This document shows, piece by piece, positions 23,979 through 37,154 of a stretch of 64,000 bases of DNA. The translations under genes and the position numbers were made by a program. The notes beneath the pieces were generated by a model. That model was not told where the DNA came from. It worked only from the letters and a program-made list of their open reading frames with translations, and did no database searches. Positions within the stretch are counted from its first letter, which is position 1, and each line of letters opens with the position of its first letter. The stretch is from Lama glama (Eukaryota): positions 21,206,001-21,270,000 of the forward strand of contig CM052817.1 in assembly GCA_028534125.1 (NCBI GenBank), given 5' to 3'.

Positions 23979-26900
23979 ACTAGACAAAGGAGAACTAAGC
24001 CCAAAGTTAGTAGAAGAATGGAAAAGAAAGATTAGAGCAAAAATAAATGAAGTAGACAATAGGAGAACAATACAAAAATTAACAAAACTAAGAGATGGTT
24101 TTTGAAAGCTAAACAAAATTGACAGACCTTTATCTAGACTAACTCAGAAAAACATGAAAGGACTCAAATAAAATCAGAAACAGAAGAGGAGACATTACAA
24201 CAAATAGCACAGAGACACAAAGGATCAAAAAAGACTATTATTAACAACTACATCAACATTGGCCAAAGTATAAGAAATCAACAAATTCCTAGACACACTC
24301 AACATATCAAGACTGACTCATTTTCAGAAATTGAAAATCTGAACAGATCAATAATGAGTAAGGATTAAATCAGTAATAAAAAACCTTCCAACAAAGAAAA
24401 ATCCAGGACTAGATAGTTTCTACAGTGAAATCTACCAAAGATTTAAAGAAAAAATAATAGCATTACTTCTCAATCTCTTCCAAAAAATTGAAGAGGAGGG
24501 AACACTCTCAAACTCACTTTACAAGGCATGAATTATCATATTACTAAAACCAGATGAGGATATTATAAGAAAAGAAAACTACAGGATAATATCCCTGGTG
24601 AATATAAAATGCAAAAATTCTCAAAAAAAGAAATACTAGTAAACTGAATTCACCAGCACATTACAATATCATACAAAATGATCAAGTGGAATATATCCCT
24701 GGGATACAAGGTTGGTTCAATACACACAAATCAAAAATTATAATAAATAACATTAACAGAATAAAAGGTATAAATCATATAATCATTTCAATAGATTCAG
24801 AAAAAGTATTTGAAAAATTCAACATCCTTTGATGATAAAAACACTCAACAAATTGAGTATAGAAGGAATGTGCCATGAAGGCCATATATGGCAGGTCCAC
24901 AGCTAAAATACTCAATGGAAAATGGTTGAGAGCTTTTTCTCTAAGATCAGTAACAAGACAAGGGTGCCTACTTTCCCTACTCCTATTCCATGTAATACTG
25001 AAAATCTTAGTCAGAGAAATCAGGCAAAAAAAGAAAATAAAAGCCACTTAAATAAAAAAGTCAGGAGTATAATTGCCTTAATTTGGAGGTGACATAATCT
25101 TATATGTATACAATTTTAAAGATTTTACTAAAAAACTGTGAAAACTAATAAACAAATCCAGGAAAGGTAAAGGCTAAAAAAAATCAACATATAAAAATTG
25201 TAAACATTTGTATACTCTAATAATGAATTTTCTGAAAAATAAAGCAAACAGTCTAATTAACAATAACATAAAAAACAATAAAATACATAAGGAATAAATT
25301 CATCCAATGATGTAAAAATTTGTATACTGAAAATTATGACATTGATTAAAAAAATTGAAGAAGAACATAGGTAAACAGAAAGATTATCTATGGTCATGAA
25401 TTTTAAGAATTGATATTGTTTAAATGCTCATATTACCAAAAGCCATTTGCAGAGTCAGTATCAAAATTCCAATGTTACTTTTCACAGAAATATAAAAATG
25501 AATCCTAAAATTTGTATAGAACCACAAAATATCCCAAATAGACAAAGCAATTTTGAGAAGGAAGAACAAATCTGAGGTGCCACAATTCCTGATTTGAAAC
25601 TACACTACAAAAATATAATATTCAAAATAATATGGCACTGTCATAAAAAAAAAAGACACACAGACCAATGGAAAAAAATCAAATGTCCAGAGTTAAACTC
25701 TTGCATATACACTCAAATAATATTTGACAAGGAAACCAGAATACTCAATGAGAAAAATATAGTCTCTTTAATAAATAATGTTTAAAACATTGAATATCAA
25801 CATGTGAAAGAATAAAACTGTCCTATTCATACAAATTAACTTGAAATAGATTAGAGACTTAAATACAAAACCTGAAAATCCAGAACTCCTATGAGAAAAC
25901 ATATGAAAAAAGCTCCTTGACATTTGACTTGGAAATATGTCTTTGGATATTGCAACAAAAGCAGAAATAAATACGTGGGGCTACATTCAAACTAAAACCT
26001 TCTGCACATTAAAATAAATGATGAATAGAACGAAGAGACAATCTACAGAATGGAAGAAGATATTTGCAAATCTTATATCTGATAAGGGGTGACAGCTTAT
26101 ATGGAACTCTACAATTCAATAGCAAGAAGACAAATAATACAACTTGAAAAACAGGTGCAGAATCTGAATAGATATTCTTCCAACGAAGACCTACAGATGC
26201 TCAACAGGTTCAGGGAAAGTTGTTCAGTATCAATAATCATTAGAGAACAGTAAATGAAACTCACAATGAGGTATCACCTCATATCTGTTAGAAAAGCTAC
26301 TATCAAAAAGTTAAGAAATAGAAAGTGTTGATAAAGATGTGGAGAAATGAGCATCCTTGTGCACTGTGGTAGGAATATAAATTTGGTCAGGCACTATGGA
26401 AAACAGTATGGAGAATCTTCAAAAAATTAATAATAGAACTATTGTATGATCCAGTAATCTCATTTCTGGATATACATATGAAGGAAATAAAATCACCATC
26501 TTAGAGAGATACCTGCACTCCCATACTCATTGCAGCATTATTTACTACAACCAAGATATGTAAACAACCTATGTGTTCATTGACAGATGAATGAATAAAG
26601 AAATGAATATATACAAAGTACACACACACACAGAGAGAAATATTATTCAGCCATTAAAAAGATGGGACTCCTGTCATTTGCAACAATATGGATGGACCTT
26701 GAAGGCATCATGTTAAGTAAAATAAGTTAGAGAAAAGCTATATGATATCAATTATATGTGAAGTCTAAAAAAAATTGAAAAGTCAATCTCATAGAAACAG
26801 TAAATTAGTGGTTGCCATGAGTTGGGGTGGGTGCAGGTGGTCCAAGGTAACAAACTTACAGTTATAATACGAGTAAGTTCTGGGGGTCTAATACAAAGCA

Positions 26901-27769
26901 TGGTGACTGCAGTTAAAAATACTGTATTATATATTTGAAAGTTGCTAAGAGAGTAAATATTAAAAGTTTTTACTACAAAAAAGGAGTTCCTATATGAGGT
27001 GACAGATGTGTTAACTAACCTTATTATATGTTATTTCAAAATATATATGTATATCCAATCATCACATTGTACATCTTAAACTTACACATTAATGTCAATT
27101 GTCTCTCAATAAAGCTGGAGCTTTTTTTTCTAGAACTAATCTGTTTTTTCAAAAAAAGGAAGTAAAAAAGTAGAAACTGTAACTAACCATGAAATAATAG
27201 AATATAAAATCCATTTTAGTTATGTATACTGTGACCAAAATATTACTTAGTTTAGATTGAAGCAATATTTATGAAGCATGGAAGATAGACTATAAAAAAT
27301 GCTGAAAGAACCTGTTTTTAAGATTTAAACTTAAAGTCTTCCTCTAAAATAGTAAGTTGTCCATCTGGTTTTTTAAAGATAAATGTATTAACTGCATGAA
27401 CTTATTTTATATAATTCTATAGTCTAATTTCATAAGAAAGTGCCATACAAATTTGAAATAAGACAGACTTGTTTAAGCTTCTTTACATTCAACAGTGAAG
27501 GATACTGCTTTGTAAATAAATATAAGAAAAATCAGATAGGATATTCATTATACCCATTATTATTCATAAGGAGGTTTATATTGGATTATGGAAAGTACAT
27601 TCTTAAAGTAGACTAGAATGAAATATATTTTGGTAAAATATGTCTATGAATAGTCAACACAGTACCTTGTAATTTAAATTAATAATATTATTTTGAACAT
27701 TTTATCGTTTTTTAAGAATTATTAGTTATAAGTATGAAAATAGCTACCATTTTAGCCTCAGATATGAAT

Positions 27770-27950
27770 CCATCATGTTCCATCATTTATCAAATTCACA
27801 CAACAACTCTGTGTATTATCATCACTACTTCATGGGTGAGAAAACTGAGGCTAACAATATTTAGAAAACTAGCTTATGATTACATGGCTAGTAAAAACAT
27901 CACACAAAATAGGCTTTATGATTTCAGAACTGTACCATTTCCACTACACA
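27770..27950 (-). mobile_element. MIR SINE
   Basis: 'cacaacaactctgtgtattatcatc...gtgagaaaactgaggct...acatggctagtaaa'. Confidence 0.75.
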
Positions 27951-28124
27951 TTCTAAGATTTTGTAAATCCTTGGCTTGTTTTCATTTAATTGTTTAATTA
28001 TATGCATGTGTTGATGGCTTAAAACGTCATTTATAGAAAGCTTGGAAAATTCATCTAACCAAGAGTTCCACAAGAATTTAAAGTGACACGTTTAATGTAG
28101 ACATTGATATCACCAGTTGATAGA

Positions 28125-28340
28125 AACAGCTGTACCTCACCCTGGTGAGATAACCACCAGACATTTTTCTAAGTTTTAGGCACTCAGTTTTAAGAAGAAT
28201 TTTGGTAAAATGGAAGTATCTAGATAAAAGTGACTAGATTTCCAGGTCAGGTCTCTCCAAGAAAACGTTAGAAAGCTCAGGAAACAAATGAAGGCTTGAC
28301 CACTGAGGTTTGATACGATGGTTCTTCAAACTACTTGGCA
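28125..28340 (+). mobile_element. L3/CR1 LINE fragment
   Basis: 'ctgtacctcaccctggtgaga...agttttaggcactcagttttaagaagaattttggtaaaatggaag' resembles CR1 'LYSALVR..VQFWAPHFKKDIDKLE'. Confidence 0.6.
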
Positions 28341-28399
28341 GAGTATAGAAAACCCTATGTAAGCTGGCCTCAGCTAAGCTTTTCCACCTCCAAGCATAT

Positions 28400-28455
28400 A
28401 AAAAAAAAATATATATATATATATGTATATCTTATATATATATATATATATACAT
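28400..28455. repeat. Poly-A and (AT)n microsatellite
   Basis: Directly visible. Confidence 0.9.
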
Positions 28456-28559
28456 AAATTGAAAACTCATATGACTGACACATCTTGAGAAATAGAACAT
28501 AGCCAGCACCAAATTACACCTTTCCACAACTCTCCAGTTTGTTAATAATTAATTATAAA

Positions 28560-29040
28560 TATTAAATATATATCAATTGCTGTATAATATACAATTATAT
28601 AAATATTCCACAATTTTTTGGTTGTTATAAACAAAACTACTATAATCATCTTTATGCATCTCCTGGTGTAAAAATGCATTTAATTTTATGCTGTATTTCT
28701 AGGAGTGAACTAAAAGTTATGATTGTCATCAAGCTTTTTAAGTATTTCCAAACATACCTAAAGTTCCTACCAGTAAATATGGACACTGCCCATTCTTTCA
28801 CATTCTTGCCAGAGAGTTTTACTTCTGGCCAATATAGTGATTGTGGAGTGATATCTCATAGTCTGTTTTAATCTGTATTCCAGATTCACAATACAGATAA
28901 ATAATTTTCATATACAAGGGGCCATTTGGATTACTCTTTCTGTAAATTACATATTCAAAACTTTTGACATTTTAGCATTGGGTTGCATGTATTTTTTTAA
29001 TTGTAAGAGATCCTCGTATTTTACAAATGTACTTTTAGTT
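28560..29040 (-). mobile_element. Old L1 fragment (L1ME-like)
   Basis: 'gttgttataaacaaaactactataatcatctttatgcat', 'ggagtgatatctcatagtctgttttaatctgtattcc', 'ggccatttggattactctttctgtaaatt'. Confidence 0.7.
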
Positions 29041-30432
29041 TTTTAAAGTCTACTCCATTTTAGTTTTATATCTGTTGATTGTTTCAAACTTTTTGTATTT
29101 ATTTTTACAGTTTGCTTGGGTTTTTGTTTTGTTTTGTCTTAAATTCAGCTGTCATATCTTTAAGTTATAGAATACCTACTTGGTCCATTAATAATTTTTT
29201 CTGTGGCATCATTTTTAGTTTCCAGCTTTCCATTAAATATATTATACCTTACTTTCTTTTCTTTGAGCACAGTAGCATAGTCCATTTTATAATTTGTATC
29301 TGATTACTTTAGTATCTTTATGCCATGTTTCTACTGGAACTTGCCAATAGTATCTTCTTTCTTTGTGTGTTTTTCCCTTTTGCTGTGTCAAAGACATAAT
29401 ATTTAAAACTTTTTGGGGGATGGGAATAATTATGACCTATAAGAGTGGGATCATTCTTTTGACAAAATTTCCTTTTGCATCTGAGACCCTGAGAGGCAAT
29501 CATATTCTAAGTTCAATGCTTGACTTTCTCAGCCCTCATAGAAAACAAGCTAGACTGGTTGTACTCTTTTACTTCTGCTTCCCCTTCTGCTTTGAGGGAT
29601 CTCAACTTAAATTTGGATTGTATCGAAGTCCTCAGATTTGACTGATGCTGGGTTTTGAATTTGCTTCTCTAGCATCAAGTGTCTGTTACCCAGCTATTAC
29701 AGCTGTTACACAGCTCAGTGTGTTTTCACTGTTTCAAATGCCCTTATAGCAAAAATTGGATTCTAGTGCATGTACCTCTAGGTTCTCATTATATTCCACA
29801 TCTTGGCTCAGCAATTCTTCATTTATTTTCACAATCATTCTGATATTTTTAACATTAAAAATTATTATGCCTGGATTTTTGGTTGTCTTTGGTAGGAGAT
29901 TTGGTTCTTAATGTTTAGATTGCTACTCCTGGAAGCAACAGCAAATAAACATCAAAATATTGGCAGTATTTTTTTCATATCTCTATGGCTTTGTACTTCC
30001 TATAGCTGAGGCATTCTTCTCCTTAAATAGTGAGGCACACTCCTATTTACTCTTTAAATCACAACACAAAAATTGCTTCATTTAAGACATGCTCAGGGAT
30101 TACTTTTCCTTACTCTTGTTACCAAGACTCCCACACAATCCAAGTTGACTGCACCTTGTTTATACACTGTCATTCCCTATGTGTATCATTATCATCACAA
30201 TCATGCAATATTATATCCTTTCATTAATGGTTGTTGCATGAGCATTTGTTTATGTGTTTGTCTTGTGGAATGTGATGTTCTTGAGTCCAGGAACTATAAA
30301 CTAAGCCCTACTTATCCTTTAGAGTATACATTAAGTATCAGTTCCACAGGGAGTTTTTTCCTTTTCTCTCAAACCCTTGTTAGTTATTTTTGTTTGTTCC
30401 CAATTAGAACTTTCCTTATTATGGAAACTTTC

Positions 30433-31161
30433 CTTCTCTTTCTGGTTTACTTCATTTAGTATGACTATCTCCAGGTCCTCACATTGCTGCAAATGACATT
30501 ATTTTATTCTTTTTTATGGTTGAGTAGTATTCCACTGTATAAATATACCACAACTTTATCCAGTCTCCTGTTGATGGACATTTAGTAGTTTTGACATCTT
30601 GGCTATTATAAATAGTGCTTCTACGAATATTGGAGCTCATGTATCTTTTTCAATTAGCGTTTCCTTCAATATATACCCAGGAGTGGGATTGCTGAATCAT
30701 ATGGTAAGTCTACTTTTGGTTTTTTAATGAATCTCCATACTGTTTTCCATAACAGCTGCACCAAATTACATTTCTACTGTAGGAAGTTTCCCTTTTCTCC
30801 ACACCCTTTCCAGCATTTATCATTTGTGGACTTTTTAATGATGGCCAACTGGTGTGTGGTGATACTTCTTTGTAGTGTGAGGTGTAGTGAGGTGACATCA
30901 TATGATATCACTTATATATAGATTTTTTTAAAGGACACAAATCAACTTATTTACAAAACAGAGACAGACTCGAAACATAGAAAACAAGCTTATGGTTACC
31001 AGGGGAGAAAGGGAGTGGGAAAGGATAAATCGGGATTTCGGGATCTGGAGGTACTAACAACTATCTATAAAAGAGACAAAAAACAAGGTCCTACTGTATA
31101 GCATAGGGAACAATATTCAGTACTTTGTAATGGCCTATAATGAAAAAGAATATGAAAAGGA

Positions 31162-31196
<35 letters not shown>

Positions 31197-31294
31197 CATG
31201 TGTGTATATATATATGAATCACTATGCTGTACACCAGAAATTAAACATTGAAAATGAACTATATTTCAATATAAATACAAATACAAATAAAAAA
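30433..31294 (+). mobile_element. 5'-inverted (twin-primed) L1: antisense 30433-30876, filler, sense 30896-31294
   Basis: The two halves are adjacent in L1 coordinates (compare ~17020-17060); candidate TSD GAAACTTTC 30424-30432 / GAAATTTTC 31295-31303; (TG)n at 31163-31190. Confidence 0.88.
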
Positions 31295-31339
31295 GAAATT
31301 TTCAGCCTGTATTGTGACTTCAGAGTCTTTATAATTTTT

Positions 31340-31407
31340 TTCCATTCATATACATTTTATTGAAGTATAGTTGATTTACAATGTTGTGTTAATGTCTGGT
31401 GTACAGT
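31340..31407 (-). mobile_element. Very short L1 3' terminus insertion
   Basis: 'ttttattgaagtatagttgatttacaatgttgtgttaatgtctggtgtacag' matches 10425-10473; flanked by A[TC]AATTTTTTT. Confidence 0.8.
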
Positions 31408-31464
31408 ACAATTTTTTTATGTTTGGAATAATCACCCATTCCTGAGCTATTGTACGGTTTCTTA

Positions 31465-31792
31465 TGTAATATCATTCAGAAATCTGTTCAAAGCTGACTT
31501 CCTCAAAGAGCTCTTTTTTGACCATTCAGTTAAAAGATCTTTTCTCAATCACTGCTCCTCCTTTAATCTGCTTTATTTATTTCAAAATATGCATCACTTT
31601 ATCACACACACACACACACACACTGCAGATGTTTAGTTGGCTTCTCCCAGTAGTCTCCCATTTATCACCTGTCCCATGAAAATGATTCTCTTCTAAGGCT
31701 GGGATTTAGTTTGTCTCATCTTTGATTTTATCCCCAATATCTAGAATAGTGCTCAACTCAGACCAGGCATGCAATAAATGTTTGCTGTATGA
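31465..31792 (+). mobile_element. L2 3' fragment containing (CA)10
   Basis: 'tatccccaatatctagaatagtgct...aggcatgcaataaatgtttgctgtatga' is the L2 terminus; (CA)10 at 31603-31622. Confidence 0.75.
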
Positions 31793-33038
31793 GACTTCTA
31801 CTAGATTCTTAACTTTATGAAGGCAAGGATTCTGCCTGTCTGGTCCTTCTTTATCCTTGATGTCTATGATTTCATAGTCATTCATGTTACTGATGGTACA
31901 AATAATAGAAATAAAGGGTTAACACTTCAGAAAAATCATATGGATTGAGTATTATAAAACTTTCTAAAATTGGTGCTGCTCAGAAATTGAATGTTCACTG
32001 AAATTTTGATTTTTTAAAATTATATTAGAATTTAATTGAAATTGAGTACCTGTACAGTGATAGAAAATTATAAAAATAATTATTCCTTAAAGTGAGAATT
32101 ATACAGTCATCTCTGCTAGAAGCAAAATTTTTAAAGGTCAAATATCTAAAAGCTTAGAAGTGGAAGTGAGAGTATGAATTGTGCTTCAATGCTCTTTTCT
32201 TTATATTTGGAAAACAGCTTCATTCACACCTTTCCAGTTTTTCAACTCTTTTGACAAAGCCTTCAGAGGAACTACTGCTGATGACAACCATAACAGCCTA
32301 AGAGGAGAAAGTTTATAAACAAAAATGATAACACACTTTTTCCAAATAATAAGAATATGGTGAAATTAAACCAGATTCAAAAGAGAAAATGCACAAGTAA
32401 ATACATTATGTAATAATGAATTATTTTAATAGTGACCTTACAGTTTTTCAGATAGTTCAGTATATGAAACATCACAGCAAATAAACAAAAGCAGACAACA
32501 AACAAAAAACTAGGGGGCAGAGAAGGGAAGTATATAATCCAAAAAGAGCACATGTTCACAGAAAACACGTATCTCTTCAAGTAATAGAAAAATACTGAAT
32601 ATATGATTCAGACCCTACCAGTGAAGTCATAATGGGACCTTAATCGTAAATCCTTGTCTTTCGATCAAGCAGGTCATTGGGGGCTGCATAGGTTAAGAAT
32701 GGCTGTGCCAGTCTTTCCTTTTTCCCTCTGGGATGGGTCATATATTCCATTGCTTCCCCTACACAGCTGCCTGATCCAAGGACTGATTCTGGTGACAGCC
32801 CCTGCCCTGACATACTTCTCAACATCACATATATTGATGACTGTAATCGCTCTTCCATTCCTCTGCAACTGTCACCATGTTAAAGTGTGGAGAAGTTGGC
32901 TCACTTTTGCTGGGTATTTGTAGAAATATGAAACATAGATGACCTTGCAAAGTGTTTTATTGTTTCTAAAGATGCATGCATTACAATGTATGCATATTTT
33001 AAGGAGTGATAATAGCACATTCTGATTTTAGGGTGAGC

Positions 33039-33420
33039 TGTAGGATGTGAGTACTGAGTAATGTACTGAGATTAGGCTCCAAAGCTCACCTTACCTTTCC
33101 TCCAGTGATTGGTAATTGTTTCCTCATTTCCCCCTCCTATGGGACCAGGAGCAACCTGAGTGTTAAAGCAAAAAGACAAACTGAGTTGCATATACCCTGT
33201 GAAACTCAAAATGATTACTCACTTCTGGCTTCCTAAGTCTTCTCACTTCGTTATTTACGTCAGCGTCTCCCTGGAACCAAGATACCTGGAATCTCAATCA
33301 GGGCATTTCCCTGCTTAATACAGGGAATCACTCAGTAGTCTGATCTCCACACCTCCAATAAGTTTTCTTAAATTCTTATGCTCATAATCCCAGATATGCT
33401 TTGTCTCCCAGCTCAGTTAC
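33039..33420 (+). mobile_element. Putative ancient LTR (family unresolved)
   Basis: TGTAG...GTTACA termini; AATAAG ~60 nt before the end; preceded by PPT-like 'agggtgagc'; no TSD. Confidence 0.35.
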
Positions 33421-33859
33421 ACTAGGATTTCAAACTGAGAGGAGGTCTGAGTAATGCCACATTCAGTCATCTATTTTACAATTCCAAGTACTTGGAACTA
33501 GAGTGTGATAGTAACATTTATTCCAATAAATCACCCTGCATTTATTAGCATCATGCAAGACATCAATAAAGATCATTCAAAATCATCCACATTTACAACT
33601 TACGGGATAAAGCCCGTACCAGTGGGTCTTTCTGTGCTCTGGGTGGTCATATTGCTGGTGAAAACTAACAAGATCTGTTACAAGCTCATCCTCATGACCT
33701 CTAGGGAGCCTAACTAACACCTTGACTGGTGTTAGAAAGGAATGAAGCAGGGAGGGATAAAGACTAATTAAGTATTGGCTAGGTGAAAAAAAATCATTGT
33801 TGCAAAGTAGATTTTTTAAAACAATGTTATGTGTTGGGAATAGTATTTTATAAATGGTG

Positions 33860-34085
33860 GTATAATCATTTATTGAGAGCTCACAATATAAATTATATTA
33901 GTCCTTGCATTCATCATCTTATTTAACTCCCACCACAATTCTCTGATCTAGAAACTATCATTCTTCCTGTTTTAGTGATGAGGATATTGAGACTTAGAAA
34001 GCTTTAATAACTTGTAAGTGCTGAAAAGAGCTTAAGCCAAGAGCTGACATCAGAGACTGAATACTTAAATAGAGCTACACACTGT
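33860..34085 (-). mobile_element. MIR SINE
   Basis: 'catttattgagagctcac...cttatttaactcccaccacaattct...gttttagtgatgaggatattgagacttagaaag'. Confidence 0.75.
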
Positions 34086-34789
34086 ATTGTATTTAAATGT
34101 ACTGTGGAACTAAGTTTAAATAATATTTTGAACAAGTGAGAAGAAAACCAGATATTCCTATTGCTCCATCTTCCTGAAAGTGGAATTCTAGCTCATACTC
34201 TTCATGTAGTGCAACATTTTTCTGCTTGCAAGACTTCAAAAAATACTGGTTTTTAGAGGGATTTATTTAAAAAGCTGGAAAAAAAAAAACCAAAACATGA
34301 GCCAAAATAGAAGTCTACACTTCTGAATATGTACTTAGCATACTAGCAGAGTGTATCCTGTTGAAAATGCAAGGAAGTTAAACAACCAATTTTTAAGGCA
34401 AGCACAGAAAGAGAAGTTGTAAGTTTTAAGTATTATAAATACATTCTAGCTTAATTTAGAAATCCTAGTATCAAATTTTTATTAGTACTGTCAAGAATCA
34501 AAATCCTAGCATTTTCTCTAGACTTCAGCATTACTGAATTTTTTTTCTCAGTGATACACGTTGTCTGATTGTTCATACAGAAGGCGATGATATTCTAGTC
34601 ACTGGCTGGTAGCACTGATATGTCACTTTCTTTTTACTTTTCAGTACATTCTATCTTTATACCCCAAAGAGGTATATATTTTAAAAGAATCTGAATTTAT
34701 GACAAACTTTTAACAAACTCTCAATAGTAAGGAATATCATTGTAAGTCATCCCAATTATCCACCTAGGTGATGATTCAGTATATTTTTC

Positions 34790-34900
34790 TGTCGGTGCCA
34801 GATACTGTATGTGGGACTCAAAAAGGGATATTTTTCTAAGCTGCAGATTTCTCACCTGGAAAATGCTGATTACAGTCTCACAATATAATAGACTTACAGC
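34790..34900 (+). mobile_element. MIR fragment
   Basis: 'tctaagctgcagatttctcacctggaaaatgctgatta' resembles the MIR core. Confidence 0.5.
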
Positions 34901-36744
34901 TTTTATATTTTTATGTATGAAAATTAATTTAATTGGCACAAGCAATGAAGTTAGAGAAACGTGGGGGTCACGGGAAGCACCTTATTTATCATGACCATTA
35001 TTAGAAATTAAGTGTACATATATAAATTTAACACGAGTCTAATGTTTTGCCATATTTTCTCAGTCACCTTTACCATTTTCATGTTTGACATATTCAAATG
35101 TGCTTTTTCCACTAATAGCCAGTTACTATGTCTTTTTGTCAGAAGGATGCCCTCATGAATTATTTACAATATTGAGATGATAAGAGAGATCCTTGAAGAC
35201 GCTAAAAAATTGTCTTAACCACTTAGGGTTCTTAGACATCAATAAGAGGAACAGTTCTGGCAAATTAATCTGGGAGATGTTCACAGAATTCACAAATCAG
35301 CCGGGTATCATAGACTCAAATGATAAACTGAAGGACTAAGTTTGGAAAATGGGTAAGAACTATGAGGGAAAAAAAATCGTATCCTTAAGCAGAAGAAATT
35401 GCTAGGTCCTCTCAACGGAGTCCTAGGCTTTGCCTGGCAGAGTCTTTGGTTTTTATCTGATTCTACACACGTTACATTGTTTATTGGGTCACCAATGACA
35501 AAATTATTTACAACCCTGTAGGGGAAGATGTTAAAATGTAGTAAATTGATAGTAATGCAGATGATTCCTGTTAATAATAATAGAAAATATAATTTCTGTA
35601 ATCCAAAATTTCATGTGAACTAGTTTAACGTCAAACTCGTTCTCTTATTCACTTACTTTTGAATAAAAATCCCTGGCTTGTGAGTATTTTATATTTGTGT
35701 GGTGATTATGTATTAACTTTTGGAGAACAAAATATATTTTAGCATAACCAAAGAGAGAGGTTGTAACCATCACCAAGTTCATTCACAGGAACTAGCTTTG
35801 ATAATACGCTGCTGCTAATACTGTGGAGGGGGGAATGGTAGGAAAAAATGTAGAATATTAGCCTTGTATTTGATATATCTCCACTTTTTGCACTAAAACA
35901 AACATTAACTTGGACTGGAATTGGCATACATGGAGGAAAGTAAAACAGTACCTACATGTTAAAATAAGCTGATCTTCGAGGTGTTTTTGATTCATTATAG
36001 CTTAATTTTTCAATTGCCTTAGAGCAACATGAGTAGAACACGAAGTTCTGGGTTTGAAAAAAAAAAAAAAAAAAGGATGAGGGGAGAATCATTAGGATTT
36101 ACGACTTCTACCAGAGAGGATCACTGGCTTTGATTGTTAGCATATGGAAATCTGCCAACAAAAATAAGATGGAATTCTACTAATTTTTGTAGAAATCAAA
36201 ACCCCCCTCCAACATAATTAAACACTAACACCCAGTAAGTAAAGTCTTAAAGCAATCCAGTGCCCCCAAGCCTCTCCCTATAGTAATGTGTCTGTGAAAA
36301 TAGGGTCACCTCAAGGAAAGGCATCGTCTCTAAAATATATTTCAGCTCTAGGATTCAAGTATAAGAGAAAGAGAATCTCTCAGCTGTCAGAACTTGGGCT
36401 GCCGTATTTTCTAGTTAGTGAGCAAAGAGTTCAGTATAATTTGAAAATTACCATCAACTAGCAATTGATGAGAATTTCTAATGTTTCCCTTTCTGAATAA
36501 ATATTGTAATATTTTTCCTGTGTTTCTTCCACAATCATACTTGGTGTATTCATGCCAGGTAAATTATCATCTATTTTATTAGTCACAGGATCACAAGGAA
36601 GTGCATTTTGTTCATATGGAGGGAATGAAAATTCATGCTAATTTTAGCTTGGTAGGATAATTTGAAATGGCATCATGTATGTTCTGAATATGTTCTTTTG
36701 TTGGGAAGAAGGGAGTGTAGAGATGTTGGCTGTCCAAAGAGAGA

Positions 36745-37154
36745 CCGGCAGATGTTGACAGTGGCCAAGCCAATATCCATCACCCTTTTTCCTTAATATC
36801 AGAACCCACTGCAGACTGACAATAGGCAAGCTTAAAAAAACACCAAGATTTTTCCTTACTCCTTTCTGGTTAGATTATAGCCATATGATATAGTATTAAT
36901 CAATAAAAAATATAATGCTCCAATCTCTCTCTCTTTTTGCCAGAAATGAGGGCTTAATATTTGAAACTCAGGCTGCCATTTTTTGCAACTGTGACTAAAA
37001 AGCCATGAAAATCTCCAACATTAGATTTCACTTCTTTAAGCCTGTGAACCAACATGAGAAATTGTTCCCTCCAGTCTTGTAAAATGAGAAAATATGGTTA
37101 CCACGGTGGTCAGTCTATGTTACATGCTGCAAAAAGTAAATCCTAACTAAAACA
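36745..37154 (+). mobile_element. MLT1 (ERVL-MaLR) solo LTR, MLT1I/J/K-like
   Basis: 'ccaatatccatcaccctttttccttaatatcagaaccc', 'ggctgccatttt', 3' end 'tgttacatgctgcaaaaagtaaatcctaactaaaaca'. Confidence 0.75.

Larger units (their letters stand above)
19810..27120 (+). mobile_element. Near full-length decayed L1 with L1MA9-like 3' end; ~6.7 kb excluding nested insertions
   Basis: G-run and 'tcaagatg' at the 5' end; 5'UTR; ORF1 remnant from ~21058 (MKNQGN..); ORF2 endonuclease from ~22715 (IIVNIYVPNVGAHKYIKQIL); decayed RT FADD site 'tttggaggtgacataatcttatat' ~25082; 3'UTR ending 'ctcaataaagctgga'; many stops and frameshifts; no TSD visible. Confidence 0.95.

Noticed and set aside
23814..24116. 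ORF with (LPSF)n repeats
   Set aside because: Translation of the antisense (TTCC)n microsatellite
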